This document shows, piece after piece, positions 50,326 to 63,663 of a stretch of 64,000 nucleotides of DNA. The DNA lies in contig CM052818.1 in NCBI GenBank assembly GCA_028534125.1, forward strand, positions 16,494,001 to 16,558,000, written 5' to 3'. Position numbers and translations under genes: made by a program. This DNA comes from Lama glama (taxonomy: Eukaryota). The notes under the pieces are model-generated. The model was not told the origin of the DNA and did no database searches. It saw nothing but the letters and a program-made list of their open reading frames with translations. Every line of letters begins with the position of its first letter. Within the stretch, counting starts at the first letter, position 1.

Positions 50326-51894
50326 GTTCCCTTCTCTGGTTTTCTACGGTATTTTGCTGTAGACTTTAGGAAGAATGATTAGCAAGTTATTATGTCTGTT
50401 ATTTTTGCTGGATATCTAAATGGGAAATATCATTCAAACCTTGGACAGAAAAGGTTTGATGAATTGTAATTACTTGTTTTTAACTTCGGGAAGGAAAATT
50501 GCAAGAGCCTGACTTTAGTTCCTAATTCTGACCCACTCCATAACAGGATATTTAATCATAGGGTTATATGATTGAGAAGATTAGTAAAGATGCATGTATA
50601 CTCTGAGCCCTGGGATTTTGTGATTGCATAATGACCTTGTAGCTGATACCCTGAGGATTGAGTGGGCACTGATCACCTTAATCAGAAAGCATACAATTGC
50701 CAGGTGCTTCAACGGGGAATTTCACAGCTGTCTTGGTCATTTATCTAGGACCCATTGTACATCAGGACTCTTTCTACACAGAGACTAAAGAAGTGATATT
50801 GAAGAGGAACAGGCTTGAGAGGCAAAGCTTTTAACCAGGAAGGAGTTCTGGAGAAATCTGTGGAACTAGTGTGAACTGGTGCTGCTGGATGACAAGGAAG
50901 TTTTTGTATCACATTCCTTTGATGAGAGAAAGATTCCTAAATTGAGCTGACTGAGAAAAGAACTAGGTGAACATTCTGTGGCTTGGGAGCAAATTGTAAC
51001 AACCTTGTGTAGTGAAAAGGATGTATTTGGATATTAGGTGTTTTAACCAGTCAATCTGTTTGAAATGCCTCGGGCCCATTTTGAGTTATCTCCTAATCAT
51101 TTTAAGGGAGATTATAAAAAGCCATTCCAAAGATCGTTTTCAGCTGGCAGCTGGTATTCCACAGTTGCTGTGGGGAATGTGGCCCTTGCTCTGACTGGAC
51201 CAAGTGCATAAGGCTCATCAGGGGTGCTGAGGATTTCTAACTGGCTTTGATTATGACCTGATATTTTAGAATCTGCCAGCTGGGTAACCCTGTAGCATCT
51301 ACTCTGAAGATAAATTTGAAAATTACACTGATTGGCTAACTTCTCATTTGTTTTCACAGTGAGCTAGGGGAATTGGGGAGTTCCTAAGAAGGAAGAGAAG
51401 ACTGCTAAACCCTCATCTTGATGAAAAAATGAATCATTAGTTCACAATTGTGTCTCAAGAGCCAAGCTAGGGTCAGAGATTCTGCAGCAAGTTACGTATA
51501 TAATTAAACTGGTTAGTCACAAACAAATGTGGAACAATAGCAATTATAGTATACTCCTGGCCTGCTTTTTCACCGATTTTCCTTCCTAGTCATATGATAG
51601 CTATTTTGGGTAGGTGGATACAATCAGAAGAGTTCTCTGGGACTTTTAAGGCAAATCACTTTACTTCCCTCGAACTCAGTTCTTTTTCTGTGAGCTGAGA
51701 GAATTAGTCTATAATGTCTAGGCTTTTCTCAGTTATACATATATTAAGGAAACAATGGCTATGCTTTTTAATTGAATTGAATTTCATTTTCTTAGAAAGT
51801 AACTTTAATTTGAAATCCACTGCATTCTTTGAAACCTGGGCTGAGAGCCAGAGAACTGGCAAACATCTTCTCATTATCCCCTTGCTCGCTCACC

Positions 51895-51968
<74 letters not shown>
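51895..51968. repeat. Compound (CT)10(CA)27 microsatellite
   Basis: Read directly. Confidence 0.98.
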
Positions 51969-51971
<3 letters not shown>

Positions 51972-53169
51972 CTACTTACCTCTAAGATCCCCTATGATTT
52001 TCCTATCCACACATATTGTTCAAAGATCCTAATTATGGCCACCCTTGCCAATCTCCCAAAATACTCTTCATTCCAAAATTCCCTGCTTCATTCTGTCCCA
52101 GCAGTCAAAACTCACAAAGAGGTTTACTCAAAAATCAGAGGGAAATAATCTCATTCAATTAACCAGTTACATGCAATGAGTGATAACCCTTTAATCTCCT
52201 ACACATATTTAATTTTAGAAAGATTGTTAACCTTGGTGAATGTGAACCCAAGATTGATGATAATCTTGCTATATAACAAGATAAAATGACAAATATATTG
52301 AAATATAATAAGAACTGGAGGGCAGTCTGAATGTCTAGGTTCAGACTTGGCCTCACCAATATGATTCTACTCCACCTCCCCTCCAGCTGATTCTCTTTCT
52401 TCAGTTTTGAATGCACAGAATTTTAAAATGCCCAGAGTGTCACAATGCTTTTTCAAATTCAAAGTAACAGATATTGTGTTAGGTTGACATCACTTGGGTG
52501 AGAAAGATGTTTTTAAATAATTATTATCAATCATTTATTTCTAAATGTGAAAAGCCCCTGCTTTTAGGAGAACCTTTATAAAACACAACTATTATCATAA
52601 AAGAGAGAGTTTTTAAAATACTGTATTACATTTCAATGCAGTAAATTTTTAAATTATTTCATGTTTCCATACACTAGAGCTATATATCAAAATAAAAGAT
52701 TGATGATGTGAAAATAGAAGCATTGCCATTCTGTGAAATGAAACCAAATAATTTTGAATTTCAAAGATTATTTAAACTGTAAGCAAAATCCACTTAGAAA
52801 TATGGCAGCCAAATAAAACTAAAGCATTAGACATCTGTAATATAAATTATTAAAAACTGCATATAAAATAAAATGAGATTTAAATACACTAAGGATGACA
52901 TATGGAATATTTCAAGTGGTAAAGAAAAGCAAAACCCTTTATATCAATGCTGTTTTACTGGATACAAACCAAAATGCAGCATTGCCAACTAATCTACTGT
53001 GAAAGTCCATGGATTCCTGACAGTGTACTGGAAATGAGTCAAAGTTTTGAAAAGCCATGGTTATCTGCTTTTAAGATGAAAACATGATTGTACATGATTT
53101 TCCTAAATTTTAATAGTTTTTTTAAACAGAAAGTGTTTCAACATTCGCTAGATTCACATAAAAAATGTA

Positions 53170-53340
53170 GACAGTATGCTGCATTGGAAAGATCACTGGA
53201 GCTCTAATCTTGAACATTGTAAGTCATCATCTCCCCACTAAAGATCAGAATGACTAAGTCACTTAAACATCCTAGGCCGTAATTTTCTTACCTGTAAAAT
53301 AAGAAAATTGGTCTAGATGATTTATAAAATCCTTGCTGGA
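53170..53340 (+). mobile_element. MIR-family SINE
   Basis: 'aagtcacttaaacatcctaggccgtaattttcttacctgtaaaataagaaaattggtctagatgat'. Confidence 0.65.
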
Positions 53341-53549
53341 ACAAAATGTTATTGATAATAACATCACTTTAAGATGAGTCAAAAGTAGAGCATGTTATTT
53401 AACAGTAGACCTGGACACTAAGCTACTGGAACACCTTTCAAGGCAGGAAGGATGATTCAGAGTTAAACCTTGAGGTTTAATCCATTCTTCTAACTCTCTG
53501 TGTAGGACCTTAAGTAGTCAAACTTTATCATAAATAAATGGAAATGGAT

Positions 53550-53762
53550 TAGAAGTATTTTCAATAATGCCAACCCTCAGAACCAGTGGATATTAGAGTT
53601 ACTCAGGAAATCTGTTAGAAATGCAGATTGATTCTTGAAGCCCATTGATAGAGATTCTGACTTGGTAGGTCTTTGGAGAGGCCAAGATATCTGCAATTTA
53701 GGAATTATTTTCAGATATTCTGATCCAGATAGTATAATGGAAACCACTTTGACAAACATTCT
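53550..53762. mobile_element. hAT-Charlie MITE (MER5-like)
   Basis: 'tgttagaaatgcagatt...agagattctgacttggtaggtct...atctgcaattt...accactttgacaaacatt'. Confidence 0.75.
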
Positions 53763-54388
53763 CCTAAACCATTGTTAGAGCAACACCTATGTAATTTCAC
53801 AATGGAAGACAGTGAATGATCATGGAGCCATCACTAATATTAAATCTTGTTTTAAAGTCTGGCTGAGTGCCAGTCTTTTTTTTTTTTTTCACCTGTATCT
53901 GAACACTCTAATGCCTCACAATAAATCCAGGGTTTAAAAAAAATAGTAGCCACCATTTCTGAACTTGTCTGTCTGCTCTGTCCTTACTTAATATCCAGAT
54001 TCTAAGAACAATTATTCTGATTTATGAGTGCTTGAATTTTATTTCACCCAGTGTTTGACTCCACCTGTGTAATAGACAAAATGCTGCATTTGTCAATGCT
54101 GTGTGAGGAAAAGAATCAGGATTTTGGGAACAGGTTTCAGCTCCAGGCCAAGGGATGTAAAAATATGTCTATAGGATACGTGCTAGGTCTTTTGTTTAGA
54201 CTCAAGATTGTGACACTCCTTTGGATTTGATAGTGGTACTCATCAAAGATAGTTGCAGGATAAATGCAAGGAGATTTCCTTACAGAAAAGTCATAGATAG
54301 TGTGAACAACTTAAGCTACTGTATCAAGCAGAACATTCTGAAAGCTACTTTATTGAGTATTTAACAATGGGGAAAATTGAATATCTCC

Positions 54389-54875
54389 TGTGATAGGCAG
54401 AATTCTAAGTTCATTCCTTAAGAGTCCCTACTCTTGATGCACATATGTCTTTAACCAGTTATTCAACCAAATACTTACCCAGGTACTATCATGAAGAGAT
54501 TATGAAGATGTTATGAGTTCTCAGATCAACTGACTTTAAAATAAGATTATCCTGTGTGAGTCTGAGCTAATCAGTTAAGCCCTTAAGAGACAAGTATGAG
54601 AGACATTCAACCACATGGCAAGAAATGCAGGTGCTGAGAATATCCCCTGAGTGATAGTCCACAGGGAAATGAGAACTTCAATTCTACAACTATAAGGAAC
54701 TGAATAATACCAACAGCCCAACTATGCTTTAAAACAGGCTCTTTCTTTGTCAAGGCTTTAGATGAGAAGCCAGTCACACTAGACCCAGACTTCTGACCTA
54801 TAGAACTTTGAAGTAATAAATTTGTGTTGCTAAATTTGTGGTATTTTGTTACAGAACCAATAACAAATTAATACA
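54389..54875 (+). mobile_element. MaLR solo LTR (MLT1E-like)
   Basis: tgtgataggcagaattctaag...aaattaataca termini; 'ccagacttctgacctatagaact...aataaatttgtgttg'; 5-bp flanks tctcc/gcttc. Confidence 0.88.
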
Positions 54876-55094
54876 GCTTCTCATCCAATATTTAACTGCA
54901 TTATCCCTCAAAGATTATAAATTCATGATAAACTCCCAAGTCTCAAGTTTGATATTCCAGTATGATTTTAATGATAATTGTCTTTTATCACCCTCTAACT
55001 TTTTGAAAATGTATAACTTGTCCAAAATAGCTGTGTTAAAATCTCTATTAAAATTAATAGTTAATTAACTAAAAATGGCCTATCATCTGACCAT

Positions 55095-55310
55095 TTGTTG
55101 CTGTTAATCACTGTCATTTATATATAAGATCTTATTTAACGTTTATAATAACCCTGTGAATAAAATATCTCTATTATACACATGAGAAAAATGAAATTTA
55201 GCAAGGAGAAGTGAATTGAGTTTCACAATCTCTCAACAAGTTAATGAAATAATAAGGTTTCAGAATACATCTTTTGATTGCGGTTTCAAGATTCTTTATA
55301 TTTTTCCACA
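55095..55310 (-). mobile_element. MIR SINE
   Basis: 'tcttatttaacgtttataataaccctgtgaa...tatacacatgagaaaaatgaaatttagcaaggagaagtga'. Confidence 0.65.
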
Positions 55311-55445
55311 GTTATGGCACAGCTCCCCTATTTCAGACTTGGAATAGCAAAAATCTTTTGTTGACTTAAGTTTAAGAAGAAATGATTGAAGAGTAATGTA
55401 TAAGTCTCTTTTCTGTGTGCTGTGGAAATTTATATAAATAAGAAA

Positions 55446-55506
55446 CTCTGAACTTAGTTTGTATTTATTGATAATCTCTGAATCTTAGTTTGTATTTATT
55501 GATAAT
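55446..55506. repeat. 30/31-bp tandem duplication
   Basis: ctctgaa(t)cttagtttgtatttattgataat twice, one 1-bp indel. Confidence 0.95.
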
Positions 55507-55764
55507 CAATTAGGGTCAGAGCAGAAGCTTGCTAGCAAAGCAGATTAAGTGTACATTCTCACCTCGTTCTGATATTTGATTTGCTGGAAGCACACTTCCC
55601 CCAACTTCTAGAAACATGTGTACACACACACGCATACACACAGGGACATAGTAGACCGTCTGATTTTCTTGGCCTATATTGCCTCAAAAATTATCCTCAT
55701 TTGCTCCCCAATGGTGGATGAAAACTCCATTTCCTCAGCATATTTCAGCTGATTTCCAGCAGAA

Positions 55765-56040
55765 ACTCAGAGTGGTTAAGTATATGCACATTGAATACAG
55801 ATAACCAAGGTTTAAATCTGAGCTTTGAAGCTTATTAGCTATGGAAAGTTTTGCAAGTTACTTAAAATTCTCTCTCCTTCATTTTCCTTCTCTGCACAAT
55901 GGAATGATAATATATCTACTGACTAATATTATTATGAGTACTAAGTGATTTAATACATGTAATACACTCAGAAAATTGTCCTATACACAGTAAGTACCAG
56001 ATATACATTAGCTATTGTCCTGCTATTATTATTATTATCT
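55765..56040 (+). mobile_element. MIR SINE
   Basis: 'agtggttaag...gcaagttacttaaaattctctctccttcattttccttctctgcacaatggaatgataata...cacagtaagtac'. Confidence 0.85.
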
Positions 56041-57264
56041 GAATTACTATCTAGCACTTAGGAGAAAGCTTAATAATTCATTTAAATATTTAATGTGCTA
56101 GTCTTTACAATGCTCTTCAGAATTTAAAATAAACATGTAGTAAGGCAAAAATAATGGTTCTTTGATACAAATGATTTCAATAACTGTTGAGAATTACCCA
56201 TAAAATGAAGATCATCTCATTTCAACCTCACATCACCATGTGAGGTAAATAGTACATATTATGTAAAGTTACATTTAAATTGCAAAACTCTACTTAAATG
56301 ATCATATTTATTATAATTCAAATTGTGGTTCATGATATTATGGGGCAGAACTTGCTGATATCCTGTGACTCATAGACAACTACCTACTTCATCCAGGCCA
56401 ACCTACTTTGGCAAAATATGCAGACACAAGTATGCCACATACATTATGAGTTCTTATCAGTCTATGAACAGACATTTATTTATAAGTTTATGGTATTTAC
56501 TGATCTAGGCACTTTAAGTACAAAATAAAAATAAGGTATAATCCTAGCTTCAAATAATCTCGAAACGTCCTATGGCAGTATATAACTACATTTACAGCAT
56601 TGGCCAAGAATAATGCTCCCTGATCTGGGTAGGTTATCCTTTGGTGTGAGTGTATGATGTCAGATGATATACTTCCCTGTAGAATAGTGAATAAGAAATG
56701 TGAAAAGCTCCATCTAACAAAATCAGACAAATGAAACATGATGATCAATTGGTCAAAAGTTCTTGTAGCCTCTTCACACTGATGACCACAGAGCTTACAC
56801 AGGTATAAATAGGTCTAAAAAATATAATATCCACATAAGAGTACCAAAGGAAAGGGATACATAGTGACTTAATTATATACTTCAATTAAAAAAAGAGACA
56901 TTTTTACAGATAAAGTAAAGGCTATATTAGATACAAGCTAATACTAAAAAGATATCTCAAAGATTGGCATAATAATAATTGATAGAATAATTTAATTTTA
57001 CTTTTACTTTGCATTAGAGACAAAAAGTCCATTGCTTTAAAACAATATCACTGGAAGCATTGAGAAGCAGATTAATACAAATGTTTAATTATAAGTTGAA
57101 AATCATTTGAAGTATGTTTTCTCTCTGGGTAAGCCTCATGGGGAATGGAGAGCCTATTGCTGCCTTAAGTGGTTAAAAAACTACTTAAGAATTTTTAAAA
57201 CCAAGTGAATTCTCACTTTTTCAGTCCAATATCTTTCCTGCCTGTTCCTTCAAACACCCCCTAC

Positions 57265-57770
57265 GCCAGTTTTACTTGTCAGCATTTACCTGGAATATAC
57301 TTTTCATCTCTTCTCCTTCAGCCTTTTTAGATCATTATATTTTAGGTATGCCTTTTGTAAGGAATAAATAGCTAGATTTTATTTTATTTTTGACTTTTAT
57401 ATAAGAAGTGGCTTACTTTAAGTAATGAGTTTAATACTGTTACATTTATTGTGAGCACCAGTATATATTCGGTTGTTTCTATCATCTTATTTTGTTCACT
57501 CCCAAAAACTCTGTGCTGCCATTTTTGTCATCTATTATCATGGGAAGTAAAGAAATTAGTATTTGAAAAGCTCATAAATGGCTTGGCACCTGATTATTAC
57601 CATTTAAGTATTACTGAATTTTTTTATATTTTTAAAGTTTTTTTATTTTCCTTGTTCAGAAATTCTTTTCTGGCCTTTCATTTGGTAGATTCAATTTTCT
57701 ATTTCCTCTCTTCCCTCTAGTAGTTTGCTGTTTATTTATTTGATTTCTTTTCAATACTTCTAATTCTTCA
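57265..57770 (-). mobile_element. Ancient L1M fragment (further remnant at ~58960-59112)
   Basis: 'gcatttacctggaatatacttttcatctc...ttatattttaggtatgccttttgtaagga...tagctagatttt...tttacatttattgtga'. Confidence 0.65.
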
Positions 57771-57799
57771 TATGAAAATTAAGATTAAAAGTATAAAAC

Positions 57800-58950
57800 T
57801 ATACAACACCAAAGATAAGCTACATGTAAAAAATGATAAACTGGACTTCAGCAAAGTTAAAAATTTCCCTATGAAAGAGGATATCAAAAAAAAATGAGAA
57901 GACAAGCCAAAGATTGGGAGAAAATATTTATAAAATAAACATATGATAAAAGACAATTATCCAAAATATTCAAAGAACTCTTAAACAGACATCTTTCCAA
58001 GGAAGATACACAAACTGCAAATAAGAATATGAACAGATGTTCCACTCTTCATCAGGTCATAAGTCATCAGGAAAATGCAAATTAAAATAACAATGAAATA
58101 CCACTATTAGAATGGCCAAAATCTGGAACACCTGATGCCGGCGATAATGTAGAGCAACAGGAACTCTCATATATTGATTGCTGATGGGATTGCACTATTG
58201 TACAGCCACTTTGGAAGACAGTTTGGGAGTTTCTTACAAAACTAAACATGCCCTTAGCATGTGACCTAGCAGTCATATTCCTTGGTATTTACACAAAGGA
58301 GTTGAAAATGGCAAAACCTGCACATGGATTTTTATAGCATCTTTCTTCATAATTGCCAAAACTTGGAAGCAACCAAAGATGTCCTTCAATAGATGAATGG
58401 ATACCTAAACTGGTTCATCTAGACAATGGAAAAAATTTTAGCACTAAAAAGAAATGAGATATTAAGCCTGAGAACTCATGGAGGAAGTTTCAATGCATGT
58501 TACTTAATGAAAGAAGTCAATCTAAAAAGGCTACGTACTGTATAATTCCAACTATATGACATTCTGGAAAAGGCAAAACTGTGGAGACAGTTAAAAAAAG
58601 ATAAGTGCAGTTGGCAGAGTGGAGGTGGAGAGATGATTAAGCAGAGCATAGAGAATTGGGGAGGCAGTGAAAATAGTTTGTATATTACTATAATGTTGGT
58701 TACATGTCATTATACATTTGTTTAGACTCAGAATGGACAACACAAAGAGTGAACTCGTTACAAACTTTGGTTGATTGTAATGTGTCAGTGCAGATTCGTC
58801 AGTGGTAACGAACTACTCTAGTGGAGGATATTGATAATGGCAGAAGCTATGCATCTGTTGGGGTAAATGGGAAATCTTAGTACTGCCTTCTCAATTTTGT
58901 TGTGGTCCTAAAACTGCTCTTCAAAACAAGCCTATAAAAATTTTAAAAAG
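57800..58950 (+). mobile_element. L1MC1-like 3' end (ORF2 tail plus 3' UTR)
   Basis: 'tgagaagacaagccaaagattgggagaaaatattt...gagcaacaggaactctcat...aaggctacgtactgtataattccaactatatgacattctggaaaaggcaaaact...ctaaaactgctct'. Confidence 0.9.
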
Positions 58951-59114
58951 TCTAAAATTAATCAGACATTAATGCCAGTCATGTCTCTCATCAACCAGTT
59001 TCTTTATGGCTTGGCAGTTAGATTCCATTTTGGTTTTCATTGCTTTTTAGTGGTGATGGGTGAGGATGAGATTCACTTTACCTTAATCCATTATGGTATC
59101 AGAACCAGAAACTT

Positions 59115-60180
59115 TGTGAAATGGCACATAATGGAATGACCATCTACCAAGTTGCCCAAACCAGATCTGTAAACATATTATTGCAGATTTTCCTTTCTTC
59201 TAGCTGTCTTGTATTCCATATGCAATAATTTTACCATTTAAATAAGTCTTAATTCCATTCATTTCCTCTGTTCTAATTACTGCTGTCTTTGTATCGTTCC
59301 AGTGGTTCTCAAACTCTGGCTTGCATTACAATCACCTAGAGTGCTTTTTGAAACACAGATTTGTGGGCCCCGTCTTCATTGTTTCTGATTTAGTGTGTCT
59401 GGGGTGTCACCTGAGAGTATTCATTTCTAACAAGATTCTGGATGATGCTAATACTGCTAGTCCAGGAATCACACTTTGAGAAACATTGATTTAGACCTTC
59501 AACTCTCCATCTTCAGATACCTGCACTAGAACTCTGAAATACCCCATCTCCCTACAATATTTTGTCTCTTATCCATTCTCTCCACTTCTCTTAGACAATA
59601 TTTTCTAAAATGCAGTCTGGCAAAGACATTTTCATATTAAACTTTGATAAATCTTTCCCTATTCTAGAGGATAAATTTCAAATGTCTTAACAATATTCCA
59701 ATTTAACACTTACCTTGTTTATTACAACTTTTTCTTTTGGACTTAGCATTCCAGCTACTGAAGGGAAGTACCTTCAGGTTCCCAGCTTCAGGCTGTCTTT
59801 TCCCAGGGCTTTCACATATACCATTCCGTTTCCTAACTCTATTCCACTCCCCATCTCCAGCCTCCTGCACTGACTAACATCTATTTGCTATTTGTGGCTC
59901 AGCTCAGATATCATCTCTGGAAAGCCTTTGCTAATTATTGTTGTGTATTAGGTTGTCCCTCCTTCATGTTCCCATCCCAACATGAATTTATCTCCATCTC
60001 AGTATAGATTGCATATTGCAATTGTTAGTCCCTCTCAACAAGCAGAAAGCTCCTTAAGCCAATGGTCAGACGGACTTATCTTTTTCTCACTGGTTCCCAG
60101 TGATGTTCAAGTACATAGTAGATGTTCAATAAATCTTTATTGAATGAATGATTCAGTAAATAAGTGAATGAACAAATGAT
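59115..60180 (+). mobile_element. L2 LINE 3' portion hosting MER5A
   Basis: 'ccaagttgcccaaaccaga', 'ggctcagctcagatatcatctctggaaagcctt', and L2 tail 'aataaatctttattgaatgaatga'. Confidence 0.8.
59300..59488. mobile_element. MER5A hAT-Charlie MITE, full length 189 bp
   Basis: TIRs cagtggttctcaaa / tttgagaaacattg (12/14 match); internal 'catttctaacaagattctggatgatgctaat'. Confidence 0.92.
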
Positions 60181-62854
60181 TATGTTAAAAATGATCTTTC
60201 TTCTCCAAATTTTTCTAGAAGTCTAGAGATCTTCAACATCTCAGAATTCCTTTTTATCAGAGCAAATCTTTCATATTCTTATTTTGTTCAATGTGACTGC
60301 CATGCTTTGTTTACCTGTCCTAGTCCTTTGAATGCTTCACAAATGCTGATGAAGCCAGGAGTAGAGAACACTTTAAGAGAATTGAGTGGGCAATTCAGTT
60401 TTATGGTATCAGTGAAGTGAAGTCTCTCCCTAATATAAGGTAGTTGAAACAACAACAAATGACTGAACATGAAGGAAAACACACAAAAACATACACGTGG
60501 ACACACGTTTAGCTAGCCTATGGAAGCACTTTCCAGTTCTTTTACTAATCTTATGTCAGGTGGCTTCATTGTTTCTGCAATATGGATCTGATTATCATTC
60601 AGGTCCCAAAGTAGTTCCATGCCAAAAAGTTGCCCAACAAATTATTAATTTTGTTTGTTTGTCTTAGCTAGTACTTCTGGCTTTCTCACATTTAATGAAA
60701 ACAAAGGAGATTTAATTTTAGAACTAGAAACATGGGTTAACTGCTCAAAACAAACATATTCACAATGAGAAAAACTGAAGCTTCAGAATGGTAAACTGAC
60801 AAAGTCAGGCATGAATTCACATTTAGATAACAATACTGCCTCTGAGTCTAGACACAGAACAGTAATATAAAGTGTTACTGTGAAACAGACATGCTTTTAC
60901 TGCATTTAACTCTGTCTTTAAAAGACCAGTAGCTCTCATAAATGGTGTGGAATTAACCCCATTGTTTATTAAGAAATCTTTACATGAATCTACTTGTCCA
61001 CTATGGTTATTACCAAATAATGTATAAAATATCAGTATAAACATAATTCCCTGAAGAAAAATGGGATTATATTACAAGTAAGAAATACGAGACTGTATCA
61101 CTCACCTGAAGATGATAAGTTGTTTATTTTTTTATTTTTTTTTATTTTTTTTAATTTCTAATGGAAAATTAGTGAGTCAGAATTGGTATGGTCTGAATTT
61201 TGTTTAAAGGATCTTGCTAGTTCCTTTCTCCAGGCAAACTGTCTGTGAAATATGAAGCTGTGATTTTGCACAGCTATTTGTTTCCTAGTATGAGGTGTCG
61301 ATCTCTGCTCACCAAATGTCACAGCCTCTTTGTACACACTTATTTTCTGTCATGCTTCATTATATTAATCCTTCTGATTTTAGAGAATACACTAAATCTT
61401 AGATAGAAGAATGTATATCTTTTATATTATACCTTGTAGGTAAAGCAAAAGAGATAAGCATCTTTTCAGTGATCTAGAAAATTATCAGCATCCAATCTAA
61501 TATGGCCTGAATTCTGAATTTCCAGTCTCCTGATTTCTAAAAGGTGTATGCATACATGTGATTTGAGTAATCAAACTATATTGTAAAATACATCATTGTC
61601 AGGATTTTCTGGATTTTAGTTTCCTAGGTCATCTTGACTCAGTATTTCTTTTTGTCCTGAATCAGCAGGGAAAAGTTTGGTAATAAAAATTAAATTAAAT
61701 TAAAGAAGTCTTTTGATAGTGGAAGGTTTAAAATGGATTAAAGGGTTTTTATTTGAATCTCTGTTCATTAGGTGCATTAGGGGAAGACACTAAAAAAAAA
61801 AAATCAATGTTTGACTTTTACTTTAACCTTAAAATGTCATTAAATTCCACACATGAAAAGGTTGATGCAAACACCCTTTTTACTTAATTGACAGCACTCC
61901 TATTCTCTGTAGCATTTTGTAAAAGAAACGGAGCCTATGTGAAAGGTGTAGGAAAGGTCAAAATGCAACTTGAAATATTTAGTGTTTAGATGGGAGGTCT
62001 TTATGAAAGCAGACAGATTTAATAATTAATTTTTTCATTTTTTCCATGTGACTTTGTTTTCAGGACATTAAGATGAATACTTTTATATACTAAACTGCAT
62101 AATTCATATTTGGACATTAAGCAGTGTCCTTCCATTGATGTTACCCAGTAACCTTTCAGCTGTTCTCACTGTGATGCCAACCTGGAAGGAGTGATGGCTT
62201 TATTTTGTGTTGTTTCTGTTATTAATATGCTTCCTTATCCTAGTTGTTAATAATGCAGAAGAAAATGCTAGCTTGTGGACAAAGCATTGACTAAATTAGT
62301 TACATCTCCATACTTAGCAAAGGATACAATTTAATCTTTGTGGCTGTGAAAAAATAAATCCTACTTTTAGAGGCGTCTACTAAAAAAGAATTTAATACTG
62401 TATTTCCCATTGATGATATGTGACTATTGTTAAGCAAATAGTTGTTAAGTTCAAGCTTGGTCTCTGTAGCACTAGTTTCTAAGGCAATTTTTAAATTTCA
62501 ATGGGGCATTTTTAAAAATCTAGCTCATATAGATTTTGTTGGCAACATATTGCAAGGACACATTTATATTCTAAAAATGCACTTCTGTATTTTTGTTCGA
62601 ATGTCAGAAGATAAACCATGATACTGAGTTCCCTTTTAGATGTGCTAAAAAGCTAAATTTTGCCATTTACCAAATCTACAAATAACCTGTGAAATAGTGG
62701 TTGGCATTTGTAATAGCAGTTCTCTGCTTGCCAAATTCATGCACACATAAGACATTTTATACCATATAAGAATGCATGGATAGAATAAGAGATTTCTCCA
62801 AAGTCTATGATATTTTCTGGGAGTAGGGAAGACTGGAAATGGAAAATGGAAAAA

Positions 62855-63095
62855 AATCATGGGCTTTGCAATCAGGCAGTTCTGGTTTCAGAACCTAGTT
62901 CTACCGTTTTCTATTTTTGCAAACCTCACCAAGTTACCTAGTCTCTCTGTACTTTCATTTTCTCACCTGTTAAAGAGTATATATGTCTCCCTCAGAGATA
63001 GTGAGGATTAAAGGAGATGACTTTGCAAATTATACACAATGTAATATACACAACAAAACCTTATCTGGTAAATAGATGTTCAATAAGTGGTGGAT
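62855..63095 (+). mobile_element. MIR SINE
   Basis: 'catgggctttgcaatcaggcag...caagttacctagtctctctgtactttcattttctcacctgttaa...gtgaggattaaaggagatga'. Confidence 0.85.
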
Positions 63096-63170
63096 TTTTA
63101 TATATTCACTAATCATCACATTAATATGGAAATTTATTACATTAAAAAAGATATAAAGTTAAAAAAAAAC

Positions 63171-63317
63171 TTCTTCTGTATAGCACAGGGAAGTATATTC
63201 AATATCTTGTAATAACTTTAATGAAAAAGAATATATATATGTATATACATGACAGGGACTTTGTGCTATACACCAGAAATTGACACATTATAACTGACTA
63301 TACTTCAATTTTAAAAA
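63171..63317 (+). mobile_element. Short 5'-truncated L1 3' end (same family as the 26.3-kb copy)
   Basis: Reverse complement of ~26298-26450: 'ttcttctgtatagcacagggaagtatattcaatatcttg...acaccagaaattgacac...gactatacttcaatt'; degenerate TSD aaaaagatataaagttaaa/aaaaagatactgttaaa. Confidence 0.9.
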
Positions 63318-63375
63318 GATACTGTTAAACATATGGCTATAGAATGGAAATGTTTTCAGTTTCAGTAACATATAT

Positions 63376-63663
63376 TTTTTTTTCCTGAGGTATAACAGAC
63401 ATGTAACATTATATTATTTTCAGGTATACAGCACAATGATTCCATATTTGTATATATTGAAAATGATTACCAAGTAAGTCTAGTTAACATCATTCACCAC
63501 ATGTAGTTACAACATATTTTTTCTTGTGATGAGAATTTTTAAGATTTATTCTCTTACCAACTTTCAAATATGCAATACAGTATTATTAACTGTAGTCACT
63601 ATGATGTACATTACATCCTCGTGACTTATTTATTTTATGACTCAGAAGTTTGCACCTTTTGAC
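63376..63663 (-). mobile_element. L1 3' UTR fragment (L1MA9-descendant type)
   Basis: 'ttcctgaggtataacagacat...caggtatacagcacaatgatt...aagtctagttaacatc...caactttcaaatatgcaatacagtattattaactgtagtcac'. Confidence 0.85.

Noticed and set aside
51714..52148. ORFs with LSLS/HTHT runs (also CVCV at 48118-48336 and 48724-48942)
   Set aside because: Translations of dinucleotide microsatellites.
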